Shown here: positions 1-8,671 of the stretch, in pieces
Layout: each line of letters starts with the position of its first letter
Position numbering within the stretch: position 1 is the first letter of the stretch
Assembly (NCBI GenBank): GCA_963796685.1
Contig: CAWCMR010000013.1
Location: 384,001 to 448,000 of the forward strand
Source of the DNA: an uncultured delta proteobacterium
GTDB lineage: Bacteria; Myxococcota_A; Polyangia; Fen-1088
Direction: 5' to 3'
Length of the DNA stretch: 64,000 nucleotides
The notes under the pieces: model-generated
The model's input: the letters and a program-made list of their open reading frames with translations, nothing else
The model's database searches: none
What the model was told of the DNA's origin: nothing
Position numbers and translations under genes: made by a program

Positions 1-534
1 TGTCCGTGAATCGTGGCCTGGACGGTAGAGGCGCCGAGTAGAACGGGGCAGGGCGCTTACCGGGTTCGCGGGGGCGTGCCCCTGTTCGATGATGTCGGCG
101 AAGAAGGTCGACATCTGGCGGATCAGATTCCCGACTGTGTTCGCGGCCAAGCCCTTGGCGAGCTTGTCTTCGATGAATCTGCGAAGCTGGGCGGCGTCGA
201 TCTCGTGCGCCTTCATCTTGCCGAAGGCGGGGCCAAGGTGGGTATTCCACCGGGAACGGTCATCCCGGCATGACCTGTGCGTGGCCTTGCGCCGTTCGAG
301 CCAAGCCTTTGCCAGCGTTTCGAGGTTCGGGGACTCGTCGTAGTCGCGGGGCAAACCAGCGTCACCGGCGGCGACGTCCCTCGTGATCTTGGCAAGAACT
401 TGCTCAGCGAGATCCTTCGAGGCGAACGATTTGCAGCACCGCCGGCCATGCTCGCGCCAGCGAATCCACCACCGGCCGCTGCGCTCGAATAGCGAGCCAG
501 TGCCCCACGTTCGGCGTCGAGGCTTACGAGGCAT
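1..534 (-). CDS. Tyrosine integrase, N-terminal part (runs off the left edge; absent from the ORF track)
   Basis: Manual translation from ATG at 534: MPRKPRRRTWGTGSLFERSGRWWIRWREHGRRCCKSF (arm-binding-type N-terminus), then LETLAKAWLE...HLGPAFGKMKAHEIDAAQLRRFI...LAANTVGNLIRQMSTFF...PANPV (core-binding domain). Catalytic domain is not in the window. Confidence 0.85.
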   Translation of the reverse strand, partial: MPRKPRRRTWGTGSLFERSGRWWIRWREHGRRCCKSFASKDLAEQVLAKITRDVAAGDAGLPRDYDESPNLETLAKAWLERRKATHRSCRDDRSRWNTHLGPAFGKMKAHEIDAAQLRRFIEDKLAKGLAANTVGNLIRQMSTFFADIIEQGHAPANPVSALPRSTRRLYRPGHDSRT

Positions 535-916
535 AGGCCACCTCGCGGTTGCCGTTGGCCGTCGCGACGAGCGCCCGCACGTGAAATGCCGCACGAATGG
601 GCAGCGACTGCCGTAGGCGCGCGGCCAGACTCTCGCGGATCTCTTTGCATAGTCCACACTCGAAGTTCGTATCTGTGCGGGTGTTCTCGTTCACGTACAA
701 CGTGAGCGAGCCACAGACGCAACAGGGCCGCCAGGCCGCGAACCTGACGAGCACGGCGCACAGGTTGCCTTCGATGGGTGCTGGTGTTGGTGGCTTCATC
801 CTGGCGGCCAGGCATCGCCGCCTGTCCTCTTCCAATTCCGCCGGGGTTGCGGTTCGTTCTCGAACGCGTGCTATCTTGGCCATGTCGGATCTCCTTTCAC
901 GGGGCGTGAAGACCAC
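524..916 (-). CDS. Small Cys-rich (CxxC...CxxC) element protein whose stop overlaps the int start
   Basis: CCVC and CGLC pairs; stop at 524-526 lies just inside int; true start may be the MAKIAR Met. Confidence 0.55.
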   Translation of the reverse strand: MVFTPRERRSDMAKIARVRERTATPAELEEDRRRCLAARMKPPTPAPIEGNLCAVLVRFAAWRPCCVCGSLTLYVNENTRTDTNFECGLCKEIRESLAARLRQSLPIRAAFHVRALVATANGNREVAYAS

Positions 917-994
917 GGGGCAGGCTGTTACAGCAGCGCTGCCCCATTTTTGTTGGCGGGGTACTCGTGGCGCGGAGTTAGGGCGCGCGGGCAG

Positions 995-1249
995 CTACTG
1001 GCGCGGCTTCGAGTGCTCGGCGATCCAGCTATTCAGGATGATCTTGATAGCTTCGCTTCGGCTGACTCGGGCGCTTCCAGCGGGCTTTTCGTTGGACATG
1101 CGTGCGGCTTCCACGTCCAAGGCTTTGATAAGCGCGGCCGACGCCTTGAAACTCAAGGTCGTGTCCTCATCTGCCGGGCGAATCTTGGGCCGTCCCACGT
1201 CGAGGATTCTCGCTCTTTCCTGCCTGGTAGTCGATTTTTCTGCGTGCAT
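995..1249 (-). CDS. Ribbon-helix-helix (CopG/Arc-like) DNA-binding protein
   Basis: GRPK, then beta strand TTLSFKA, helix ALIKALDVEAARM, then VSRSEAIKIIL. Confidence 0.7.
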   Translation of the reverse strand: MHAEKSTTRQERARILDVGRPKIRPADEDTTLSFKASAALIKALDVEAARMSNEKPAGSARVSRSEAIKIILNSWIAEHSKPRQ

Positions 1250-1256
1250 GGTTACT

Positions 1257-1285
1257 ATCTTTGCCTGTGGTAGTTATTTAGTCAA
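1257..1285 (-). promoter_or_regulatory. Putative sigma70-type promoter giving a leaderless transcript of the RHH gene
   Basis: TTGACT (1285-1280), 17 bp spacer, AAAGAT (1262-1257), 7 nt before ATG 1249, in an AT-rich patch; the -10 match is weak. Confidence 0.45.
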
Positions 1286-1313
1286 TAAAGAAACGACACA
1301 GGTGTAGGCTCGC

Positions 1314-1715
1314 CTATTTTTCCGCCCCATTGGGCGCACTTTGGCCACGAAGCACTGCGCCTTTTCGTGCAATTCTCGCCGGTGAATGCGCTGGTAGAGC
1401 ATCGGTTCGCGCATCCGAGGCGCGCCCTTTCGTGGCCAGATCGCCAGCGCACCACGGCTCACCAATGGCTTTGAGCAAGCTCGCCGGGAACCATTCTGGC
1501 ACATGGCCGCCCTGCTCAAGGTATAGGGCAAGCTGGCTGCGCAGCTTCACGAGCGCTCGACCGATTCCCGGATCGTCGGGCCGCCCGGCGCAAAGCCAGC
1601 GGTCCACAGTGCCGTCCAGCAGCGAGGTTGCCCCGCCGTGAAACGCCGCCCAAGTCAGAAGCGCCATGATCGCCAAGGCGACTTCGCCGCGCAGATCGGA
1701 CTCGGTCGCGGTCAT
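1314..1715 (-). CDS. Hypothetical element protein
   Basis: 133 aa ORF translationally coupled (ATGA overlap) to the upstream TerS-like gene. Confidence 0.55.
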   Translation of the reverse strand: MTATESDLRGEVALAIMALLTWAAFHGGATSLLDGTVDRWLCAGRPDDPGIGRALVKLRSQLALYLEQGGHVPEWFPASLLKAIGEPWCAGDLATKGRASDARTDALPAHSPARIARKGAVLRGQSAPNGAEK

Positions 1716-2392
1716 GGCTCGTCCCTGGCCTTGGGCGGTTCGTTTCCTCGCAAGGTCCCAGCCGCTGGCTGTGTCTGGTCCGCAGATTCCTGCGCCGCCG
1801 CCGGGCCAGCCGTAATCGCTCGCGCTGGCGTCTCGCCGTCCAGCATCGCCTGTATCTCCTCGGGCGACTTGTTGGCCACGTTCTTGCCGAGGAGCTTGAG
1901 CACGAGAGCCACCTTCGCCTGGTCGATCGACAGCAACAGGCGCACCATCTCGCCGAATTCTGACTCGCGCATATCGCCGCTGACCAGTCGATGCCGATAC
2001 ACGTCGACCGTGATGTCAAGCAAGCTGCGCGTGGTGTCGATGCCCTCGGGAATGTTGACGGGCCGTTCTGCCTTGGCGGGAAGGCCGGCGTAGTATTCGA
2101 GCAGCGTGCGGATGGTCTGGTCGCTGCCCCTGTCCCCGCCGATGGCACGGTCGAATGCGGCTTCCATGATCCTGCGAAAACGCGTTTTGTCTCCGTCGAA
2201 TGGTTCGTCGAGAAACCGGGCCACCTCGGTGGCCTTGTCCCTGCCGTTGATGCCGCGGGGGTTCCCTGTCTCACCCTTGCGGAAAGGCGGCCGGAGATTG
2301 GCGAGTCTCCGCGCCCTGGCGGTTGCCTTGGCGTCCATTTCCGCTTCGGTTCCTTGGCCGGTGGTAGGTAGCGAATCGTCCAAGGTGTTCAT
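1712..2392 (-). CDS. Terminase small subunit-like protein (DUF5681-type motif)
   Basis: RLANLRPPFRKGETGNPRG resembles the FxxGxSGNPxG motif of DUF5681/TerS-like proteins; helical body; coupled to neighbours. Confidence 0.65.
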   Translation of the reverse strand: MNTLDDSLPTTGQGTEAEMDAKATARARRLANLRPPFRKGETGNPRGINGRDKATEVARFLDEPFDGDKTRFRRIMEAAFDRAIGGDRGSDQTIRTLLEYYAGLPAKAERPVNIPEGIDTTRSLLDITVDVYRHRLVSGDMRESEFGEMVRLLLSIDQAKVALVLKLLGKNVANKSPEEIQAMLDGETPARAITAGPAAAQESADQTQPAAGTLRGNEPPKARDEP

Positions 2393-2679
2393 GGCTGGCC
2401 CCCTAATGCTTCACCGTTGCCGGGAATCGCGGCGTCTTGCCACCGTTCGCGCCGCGTTGGCGCTTCCCTGGTATCTCGCCGCCTTGGCACGGGCCTAAGC
2501 TCGAAAAGGGGGCAGGACGGCGTCGTGCAGGCTTCGACCTGTTGGCGCCAGGTCCCGCCACCTACAGGATCGAAGATGCAGCCCTTGCACGCGGCGTTGA
2601 TTGCCCGGCGCATACTCGGCCGTGTGGATGCGGGCTTCATCGGTACAGCCCTTCGTGTTGCGCCGTCTTGCCAAGGCAA
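2389..2679 (-). CDS. Small Cys-rich phage-type protein
   Basis: AINAACKGCIFDP...QVEACTTPSCPLFELRP; start uncertain. Confidence 0.6.
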   Translation of the reverse strand: MPWQDGATRRAVPMKPASTRPSMRRAINAACKGCIFDPVGGGTWRQQVEACTTPSCPLFELRPVPRRRDTREAPTRRERWQDAAIPGNGEALGGQP

Positions 2680-2837
2680 GGCCCTTGCTGCCTCGGTGGG
2701 CTCTTGCGCTTGTGGCGCTCAATCTCGCGCCAGCACCCGAGGCAGACGATTGCACCGGCGGTGAAGTGAGCTTCTCGCCACTCGCTCGCTCCGCAGACGC
2801 GGCATGCCTCGCGCTGCCCAAAGCTTCGTTCACTCAT
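2637..2837 (-). CDS. Small zinc-ribbon-like protein
   Basis: CRVC...CLGC; overlaps adjacent ORFs in the operon. Confidence 0.45.
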   Translation of the reverse strand: MSERSFGQREACRVCGASEWREAHFTAGAIVCLGCWREIERHKRKSPPRQQGPCLGKTAQHEGLYR

Positions 2838-3075
2838 GAGCGCTCCTTTCTCTCGCCAGACGTTTCGTCGAATTCGTGCCGCCTAACGTGGTGCCATGAA
2901 CGCCCAACGCGTGCGGGCGCGCGCTGAGCGTGAGGTAGGTTTTCGCCAACTGTGGCGATACCTCATCGCGCGCGTGCGCGCGTGAGGGTTCAACGTGCGT
3001 GTGCGCGCGCGTGAGCTTGAAGGCAGGCGACGATGCGTGCGCGTGAGCCTTCCCTGTTCGTTTCGCCGCGGTCAT
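2830..3075 (-). CDS. Hypothetical protein overlapping the primase stop; contains GCGTGAG repeats
   Basis: ATGA overlap with primase stop; low-complexity AHAHA/RAHAR derived from DNA repeats. Confidence 0.35.
   Translation of the reverse strand: MTAAKRTGKAHAHASSPAFKLTRAHTHVEPSRAHARDEVSPQLAKTYLTLSARPHALGVHGTTLGGTNSTKRLARERSAHE
2928..3047. repeat. Four GCGTGAG direct repeats, three preceded by alternating purine-pyrimidine tracts
   Basis: Copies at 2928, 2980, 3009, 3041; tracts such as CGCGCGCGTGCGCGCGTG (2967-2984) and ACGTGCGTGTGCGCGCGCGTG (2993-3013). Confidence 0.75.
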
Positions 3076-5624
3076 TGCAATCCCTGCGGCTTGGGCTCCC
3101 TGGCCAAGAACTCACCCACGGTCGGCGCGGGCGCAGACCGCCAGTAGGACCACAAGCGTTGGCCGGCCGCCTCTGCCGTGCCATTCAGCCCCCGGAAGTG
3201 CTCGGCTAGGGCGTCGCGGTCGCCATCGCTGGCCATGGTGCCGGGCTTGGCCCGGAGGCAGTGGGCAAGCTGGGCCAGCGGATCAGGCGCGTCCGCAGCG
3301 GTGGTCAGGTGGTCAGGTGGTGGGCAGCATTTCCCCCCTTCCTTCGTAGAACTATCTTCTCGCGGGAGGGATAGGGGGTTTTGCTGACCACTCCTGACCA
3401 CCTGACCACCGTCCGTCAAGAGTCCGAGCCCATGCCAGCCCCGGACAGATTCCCCGGATACCTTCATTTTCGCGTCGACGATGCCGCGCCGCTTGAGGTG
3501 GTCGCCAAACTCGCGGGCGTGCATCGGGTGCTCGCCCTCGCGGGCGCACCATGCCTCGTAGCTGGTGCGGAGCGCAGAGCGCGACACGCGCGCGTCCGGT
3601 GCCAGTAGGCAGCACTCGCCGAGGTACGGGGCCAGCCGGTCGGACTCCTCGCGATACTCGGCCGTGGCCGCGACGATGGAAGCGCACGCCGATTCGAGGC
3701 ACCGAGGATCGCGCTGCCAGGCCGCGCACCCTACAAGCGCCCAATTCAGGATGCCGGGTAGCTCCGCCCGGAGCTTCGCCGGCAAATCCAGATCCCGACG
3801 CTCTGGCGGAACCACACGATCAAACGGAATGAGCTTGAGACGTCGCCAGATGCCTTCGTCTTGCCCGCGCACGATCGGCTTGTGGTTGCCGGTGAGCACC
3901 ACCTTGTGGGTCGGCTTCCAGGTGACTGGCCCCTCGAACAGGTTTCGGGCCGTCATGGTGTCTGCGCTCGCGAACGCCTTCACTCGTGGTTCGTCGAATT
4001 TGCCGGCGGGCAGCTCCGGAAACAGTGCCCAGCGTGCTCCGCGCAACGGCATGATCTCGCACGCATGCCCCTGGTACTCTTTGGCCATGAGCACCGAGGC
4101 GGGCAGCACGGTCGCGTAGTCACCCAGCAACGCCCCCACCGTTTCGCAGAGCACTGACTTGCCGTTGGCCCCCAGACCGTACAGGAACACCACGACATGA
4201 TTTTTCGTCGAGGCAGTGAGGCAGAATCCGATGAATCGCTGGAGGAATGCGATTGTCTCGCTGTCGGGCAACACCTCGTCGAGAAACTGCGTCCACCTCG
4301 GACACGTGGCCGCCGCGTCGAATGCGACGGGCGCGAGCTTGGTAATTCTGTCCGCCGGGCTGTGCGGGCGCAGTGACCCGGTTTGCAGGTCGATTGCGCC
4401 ATTCGCACAGTTGAGCAACGATGGGTCCGCATCGAATTGCCCGGCCATGGTGGTCAGTCCGAGGTTCGCGGCGGTGGCTCCCTCAATCAGCTTTCGCCGA
4501 CCTGCAACGGTGTTGTAGCGTTTGGCGATCGCCAGACGGGCCTTGTATTGCTGGCCCAGCGGATCGTTGAGGGCATCGCGCAGATACGCCTTTGCAACTT
4601 CGATTGCCTCGCCAAGTAACCAGCACTCGCCCGAATCGCGCACCCACCGCGCGCCGTCGTATCGATACCAGGCGAGCGCATCTGTCGCATACAGGGCGCG
4701 ACCACGAATCAAATCGGCAAACCGCTGCGTCGCCAGCGCGTCCTCAAGCACACCGTCGTAGGACCGGCCGACGCCGTCGGTTGCAATTGATGGATCGTCG
4801 GCCGTCACCGCCGGTTGCGACGCGGGCCGCGGTGCCGGCGTCCATTCTGGCGCCGCTGCAACCAGAGCGCGCAACTCCTCGACGGTGTGCCCGGCGGCCA
4901 ACCAATCGCACACGTCACCTTTTGCAGGCAGGGCGGGCAGTTCGATCACCTTGAGCGAGGCAGCCACGCTGCGCAGCGATTGGGCCACGTGCGCGGCGTG
5001 CTTGGCTCCGGGCGGGTCGTTGTCGGGCAGGATGACAACGTGCCGGCCGGTGAAGGGTTCGCGGAAGCGCTTCGTGTCCCAGAGCTTGGTGCTGCCGGTG
5101 CCGCCGGGGTTCGTGGTCGCAACCAGGCCCAGTGCGGCCAGCGCATCGCAATCCTTCTCTCCTTCGCAGCCGAACACCGGAGCGTCCGCCGGGGCTGCCA
5201 GTAGCGCCGGCAGGCGGTAAGGGATTCGCTCGATGTCTTTCAGGTTCCAGATCCACCGATCGTCCGGTCCGCGCCTCCGCGGTCGAAAGTCTTTGGGGTT
5301 GAATCTGCAAATCTCGAAGCGAACCGCGCCGGCCGTCTCCTCGTAGGGATAGACGGCGACGATTCGTGGCTTGATCGCCGGGGTCTCTGCCCGTGGTGGA
5401 AGGACGTCAGGCCAGGTCAACCCCAGCGCCCTGAGAATCGCATCGCCTGAACCTTCGCCGTGCCCTTGATCGTAGAGTAAGACGATGTCGCCCTGGAATT
5501 CCAGGGATCCAGACGCGTTCTTCTCTTCACGCAGCGGCGATAAGAACTTCCACTTGTTGGCACCTGTTGACCGCAGCTTGTACGGCTGTAGCCTCTGAAG
5601 CAGGAGTGTTTGGCCAGTAGTCAT
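3072..5624 (-). CDS. P4-family primase-helicase (TOPRIM + D5_N + SF3 helicase)
   Basis: TOPRIM CEGEKD and ILPDNDPPG; D5_N LLNCANGAIDL; Walker A GLGANGKS; TGNHKP and GIWRRLKLIPF. Confidence 0.93.
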   Translation of the reverse strand: MTTGQTLLLQRLQPYKLRSTGANKWKFLSPLREEKNASGSLEFQGDIVLLYDQGHGEGSGDAILRALGLTWPDVLPPRAETPAIKPRIVAVYPYEETAGAVRFEICRFNPKDFRPRRRGPDDRWIWNLKDIERIPYRLPALLAAPADAPVFGCEGEKDCDALAALGLVATTNPGGTGSTKLWDTKRFREPFTGRHVVILPDNDPPGAKHAAHVAQSLRSVAASLKVIELPALPAKGDVCDWLAAGHTVEELRALVAAAPEWTPAPRPASQPAVTADDPSIATDGVGRSYDGVLEDALATQRFADLIRGRALYATDALAWYRYDGARWVRDSGECWLLGEAIEVAKAYLRDALNDPLGQQYKARLAIAKRYNTVAGRRKLIEGATAANLGLTTMAGQFDADPSLLNCANGAIDLQTGSLRPHSPADRITKLAPVAFDAAATCPRWTQFLDEVLPDSETIAFLQRFIGFCLTASTKNHVVVFLYGLGANGKSVLCETVGALLGDYATVLPASVLMAKEYQGHACEIMPLRGARWALFPELPAGKFDEPRVKAFASADTMTARNLFEGPVTWKPTHKVVLTGNHKPIVRGQDEGIWRRLKLIPFDRVVPPERRDLDLPAKLRAELPGILNWALVGCAAWQRDPRCLESACASIVAATAEYREESDRLAPYLGECCLLAPDARVSRSALRTSYEAWCAREGEHPMHAREFGDHLKRRGIVDAKMKVSGESVRGWHGLGLLTDGGQVVRSGQQNPLSLPREDSSTKEGGKCCPPPDHLTTAADAPDPLAQLAHCLRAKPGTMASDGDRDALAEHFRGLNGTAEAAGQRLWSYWRSAPAPTVGEFLAREPKPQGLQ
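3300..3410. repeat. Inverted iteron arrays (TGGTCAGG units), putative replication origin
   Basis: GGTGGTCAGGTGGTCAGG (3300-3317) is the exact reverse complement of CCTGACCACCTGACCACC (3393-3410); degenerate third units at 3321-3327 and 3384-3390. Confidence 0.7.
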
Positions 5625-5920
5625 CGCCGCGCCTCCGCGGCCAGCGCCGCCACCGTGGCCCGGTCAATGGGCCGGAGGCTGGCCAGGTCCACGCGGATAG
5701 AGCGCCCATGTCGGACACACGGGTAGGTGCCATCCGCAATTCTACGTCTCACCGTTGCGGGCGAGCCGTACCCTAGTCGCACGAGTTCGGCCACGGTCAC
5801 GAGTCGGCTTGGGCTGGCCGCGCGGAGTGCATCCACTGTCGCGCGCAGCTCACGAATTTCGCCAACAAGAGGCGCGACGGCTGCGCCCACGACGTCGGCC
5901 AGGGCGGTGTCGAGGCTCAT
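5621..5920 (-). CDS. Excisionase/AlpA-like winged-HTH protein
   Basis: LVTVAELVRLGYGSPATVRRRIADGTYPCVRHGRSIRVD; directly upstream of the primase. Confidence 0.8.
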   Translation of the reverse strand: MSLDTALADVVGAAVAPLVGEIRELRATVDALRAASPSRLVTVAELVRLGYGSPATVRRRIADGTYPCVRHGRSIRVDLASLRPIDRATVAALAAEARR

Positions 5921-6135
5921 GGCCGCACCGTGGGGGTGATGGGCGCCAGCGCCTCGCGCACTATGAGGAACGTGCCGCGATGGATGGGCAGGGCGCCCCG
6001 GATGCGGTCGACCGTGTTCCGGGATATTCCGAGTAGCTTGCAGGTCCTCGCCAACCCTTCGCGGGCAAGCAGATGGCGAACCGCGGCGACTACCGCCGGG
6101 GGCGGTGTAACCAGGCCGAGTTGATTCTGAGGCAT
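5917..6135 (-). CDS. Small HTH protein
   Basis: GLARTCKLLGISRNTVDRIR; ATGA-coupled to the excisionase-like gene. Confidence 0.65.
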   Translation of the reverse strand: MPQNQLGLVTPPPAVVAAVRHLLAREGLARTCKLLGISRNTVDRIRGALPIHRGTFLIVREALAPITPTVRP

Positions 6136-6198
6136 GCCATAATTAGGGCCACGCCCGCGGACCTAGAGACAGGGATACAAAATCCCAGCCGACCAACT

Positions 6199-7494
6199 CT
6201 ATTTTGTATCTGGGATTGATCGTTTGAGTCGATTGCGGACAGCTTTTCGGAGGTTCTGCGGTGTGTGGGGGTCCGGGTCAAGACGCAGGTTCTTTCGGTC
6301 GAGGATCGTCGCCACTGCCCTCCAATCTTTCAAGCCACGGGCATTCAACGCAACAGCAGCGTCCACGGCTGGCTTTGGAGGCCTCTTCCTCGGCCGCCCG
6401 AGACTCTGGCACATGGCCCGCGCCTCGTTGGCCACCGCAGCGAGATCGCGCGCCGTGAGTGCGACTTCGTCGGCAGTACAGGGCTCACCCCTGGCGATGC
6501 AGTCCACAAGCCACGCCGCACGAGGGACGCCGTCAGCAGCCAATCGCGCACCCTCCAGAATGCGAAGGAGAGGCAGCAACACTTCATCTCTCACGGTCGC
6601 AGCGTTACCTGGCGTAACGAGAAGCGGGGGCAGGTCCTGGGCCGCCCGGTCAGCTAGATGCGCGATCTTGGGTGCCAGCATTCTCAATTCTTCGTTGCGC
6701 TCTTGAGTCTTGGCTGCAGCCTCAGCCGGCGCAACGGCATCGCAAGCCGCCGCCCACTTGCCTTGTCGGCGATACTCAGCCAAGGAGGCTTCGGCAGCTT
6801 CGACTGCCTTGGGAGTGTCGCCGTACTCCGAGATCGCATCCTGTAGGAGTTCCTTCCGCATCATGTCTTCGTCGCTGGGCCTTGGCTCCGCCGCAATCTC
6901 CCGCGCTTTGTCCTCCGGCAAGAAGGTGCGGAGGATGGCGACGGTTTGCTCTTCTGCCCACCTGGGATCAACCACTGGAGGGGGCGTAGGCAGGCGGTCC
7001 TGGAACGATTGCCCGTCCTCATAGATCTCGTGCATGAGCTTGGCCGCTGGACCGAACACACTGCCCAACGCGTTAAATATCTCGAAGAATTGGTCCTGCT
7101 CCACCTTCGGCAGATTCGCCCACCACTTCCGAATTGCTTGCTCGTCAGCGTCGGATAGTTCGGAGAGAAAGCTCGAAAGTTCTTCCTCAGGTTGCCCTTT
7201 TGGTTCTCGCGTCTTCTTGTAGGCGTCGGCGAGCTGGCTGAATTTCTCGACCGGATCAACTTCGCACTTGCGGTTGCCTTCACTCTTTCCCGTGGACGGC
7301 CTCGGGGCTCGCTTCTGGCGGGCCTTCACCGCTTCCCCGGCATCTTGCCCAACCTCGACCGTGCTCGTCGCACTAGTGCTCGCTGACTTCGCCTGGCACG
7401 GATTCTTGGGGGGGGTCGACACGGTTGCATTCCCTGCATTCCGTTTCGAGGAAGGAAGCCGGGCAGGGCCGTGCGGGAATGCGCGCCGGCCCAC
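6199..7494 (-). CDS. Hypothetical helical element protein with basic, HTH-like C-terminus (start uncertain)
   Basis: Long ORF ending GRPRKRPPK...WRAVATIL...TPQNLRKAVRNRLKR. Confidence 0.6.
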   Translation of the reverse strand: MGRRAFPHGPARLPSSKRNAGNATVSTPPKNPCQAKSASTSATSTVEVGQDAGEAVKARQKRAPRPSTGKSEGNRKCEVDPVEKFSQLADAYKKTREPKGQPEEELSSFLSELSDADEQAIRKWWANLPKVEQDQFFEIFNALGSVFGPAAKLMHEIYEDGQSFQDRLPTPPPVVDPRWAEEQTVAILRTFLPEDKAREIAAEPRPSDEDMMRKELLQDAISEYGDTPKAVEAAEASLAEYRRQGKWAAACDAVAPAEAAAKTQERNEELRMLAPKIAHLADRAAQDLPPLLVTPGNAATVRDEVLLPLLRILEGARLAADGVPRAAWLVDCIARGEPCTADEVALTARDLAAVANEARAMCQSLGRPRKRPPKPAVDAAVALNARGLKDWRAVATILDRKNLRLDPDPHTPQNLRKAVRNRLKRSIPDTK

Positions 7495-7718
7495 GGTTCG
7501 GGGATCAGTCCGATCCGCTGCCCGGATCTAGAGTAGCAGCTTAATGCAGAAATCGACGTTGCAGCTCTGGGATCGCCTACCGTGCCCATGGGCGGAACCA
7601 TGCCTTCCGTATCGCGCCTGCCGGTGGTCAGACCGCGCGGGCGCTTCTGTTTCAAGCTGCCAAGGACGGCGGCGGATGACTAGACGGCCTAGGCCGGCAA
7701 GCGTGCCGGAGCAAGGCG

Positions 7719-8015
7719 CTACCCGCCCGTGACCCTGCGCCTCGGCTTGATCGGCCGGCCGACCGGCCGTCGGATTGGGGGCTCGGCAGACCGACGGAAT
7801 AGGCGCGCCAGGGGTACACCAAAGGCCTCCGCCGCTGCCACAACGGTTCTGAGTGTAGGATTCAAGGCCCCATATTCGAGTTTTTGCAGGTGCTTGAGAT
7901 CGATCCCCATGGCGTCGGCCGCCTGCTGCTGCGACCATCGACGGGCAGCACGTAGGTGCGCCAGATTCGCGGAAAGATTCCGCTTGGCGCTCTCGAAGGA
8001 CGGCTGTGAGACCAT
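7719..8015 (-). CDS. XRE-family HTH transcriptional regulator
   Basis: NLAHLRAARRWSQQQAADAMGIDLKHLQKLEYGALNPTLRTVVAAAEAFGV; C-terminal RPVGRP. Confidence 0.88.
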   Translation of the reverse strand: MVSQPSFESAKRNLSANLAHLRAARRWSQQQAADAMGIDLKHLQKLEYGALNPTLRTVVAAAEAFGVPLARLFRRSAEPPIRRPVGRPIKPRRRVTGG

Positions 8016-8153
8016 GTCCCACCCGTAGCGGCAAACGGCTCCACCAAAAACCTCACCAATGGGGTAATATGTGCATTCTGGTGCCGACAGACCTTTCCAC
8101 CCGGACCATGGAGAAGGCACCGAAACTAGGTTTTCTTCAAATGGAGGGATGAC

Positions 8154-8609
8154 ATGAAGTGGACGCTTGTGGTTCTCCTGGCAGCCGTGGCCGCGTCTGG
8201 CTGTGGAAGCGGGTCAAGCGACCCACTACAAGGAACTTGGGTCGACAACCCCGGCACGGCGGCGGCGGTCCAGGCGATCTTCAAGGGCGACGCATGGGAG
8301 ATCGATACGATCAGCGTGCTGACAACTGGCTCGACCGGGTTGGAGTCAGATTCAGGCACGTACGTTCTTTCAGGCAGCACGATCATGTTTACGACGACAA
8401 AGTCGAGCTGCGAGGGCGTGGACACTGTTGCCAAAACGTTCACGGCGACATTCAGCACCCAAGGGCAAAGCCTGACCATGAACCTTGGAACGACTGTCCT
8501 CCTATTTCAAAAAGCGACTGCACCACCTCAAGGAATGGGAGGCGCGAGCGTGGGCTGCTTCGACTCCCAGGGCAACTTCACGGTCAACCCGATCAAGACC
8601 GTTCCCTAG
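8154..8609 (+). CDS. Cargo lipoprotein, beta-rich (lipocalin-like)
   Basis: Signal MKWTLVVLLAAVAASGC with lipobox; LQGTW motif; GGAGG RBS. Confidence 0.8.
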   Translation: MKWTLVVLLAAVAASGCGSGSSDPLQGTWVDNPGTAAAVQAIFKGDAWEIDTISVLTTGSTGLESDSGTYVLSGSTIMFTTTKSSCEGVDTVAKTFTATFSTQGQSLTMNLGTTVLLFQKATAPPQGMGGASVGCFDSQGNFTVNPIKTVP

Positions 8610-8671
8610 TGCGCCGGGTTCGTTTCGACCGCCTTTTGGCCAAAAGGGCGAGACGGCGTGATAATAGCACC

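Noticed and set aside
7524-7574. Imperfect inverted repeat upstream of the 431-aa ORF as a structured ncRNA
   Set aside because: Pairing is weak and mismatched; it could be an operator but cannot be supported from sequence alone.
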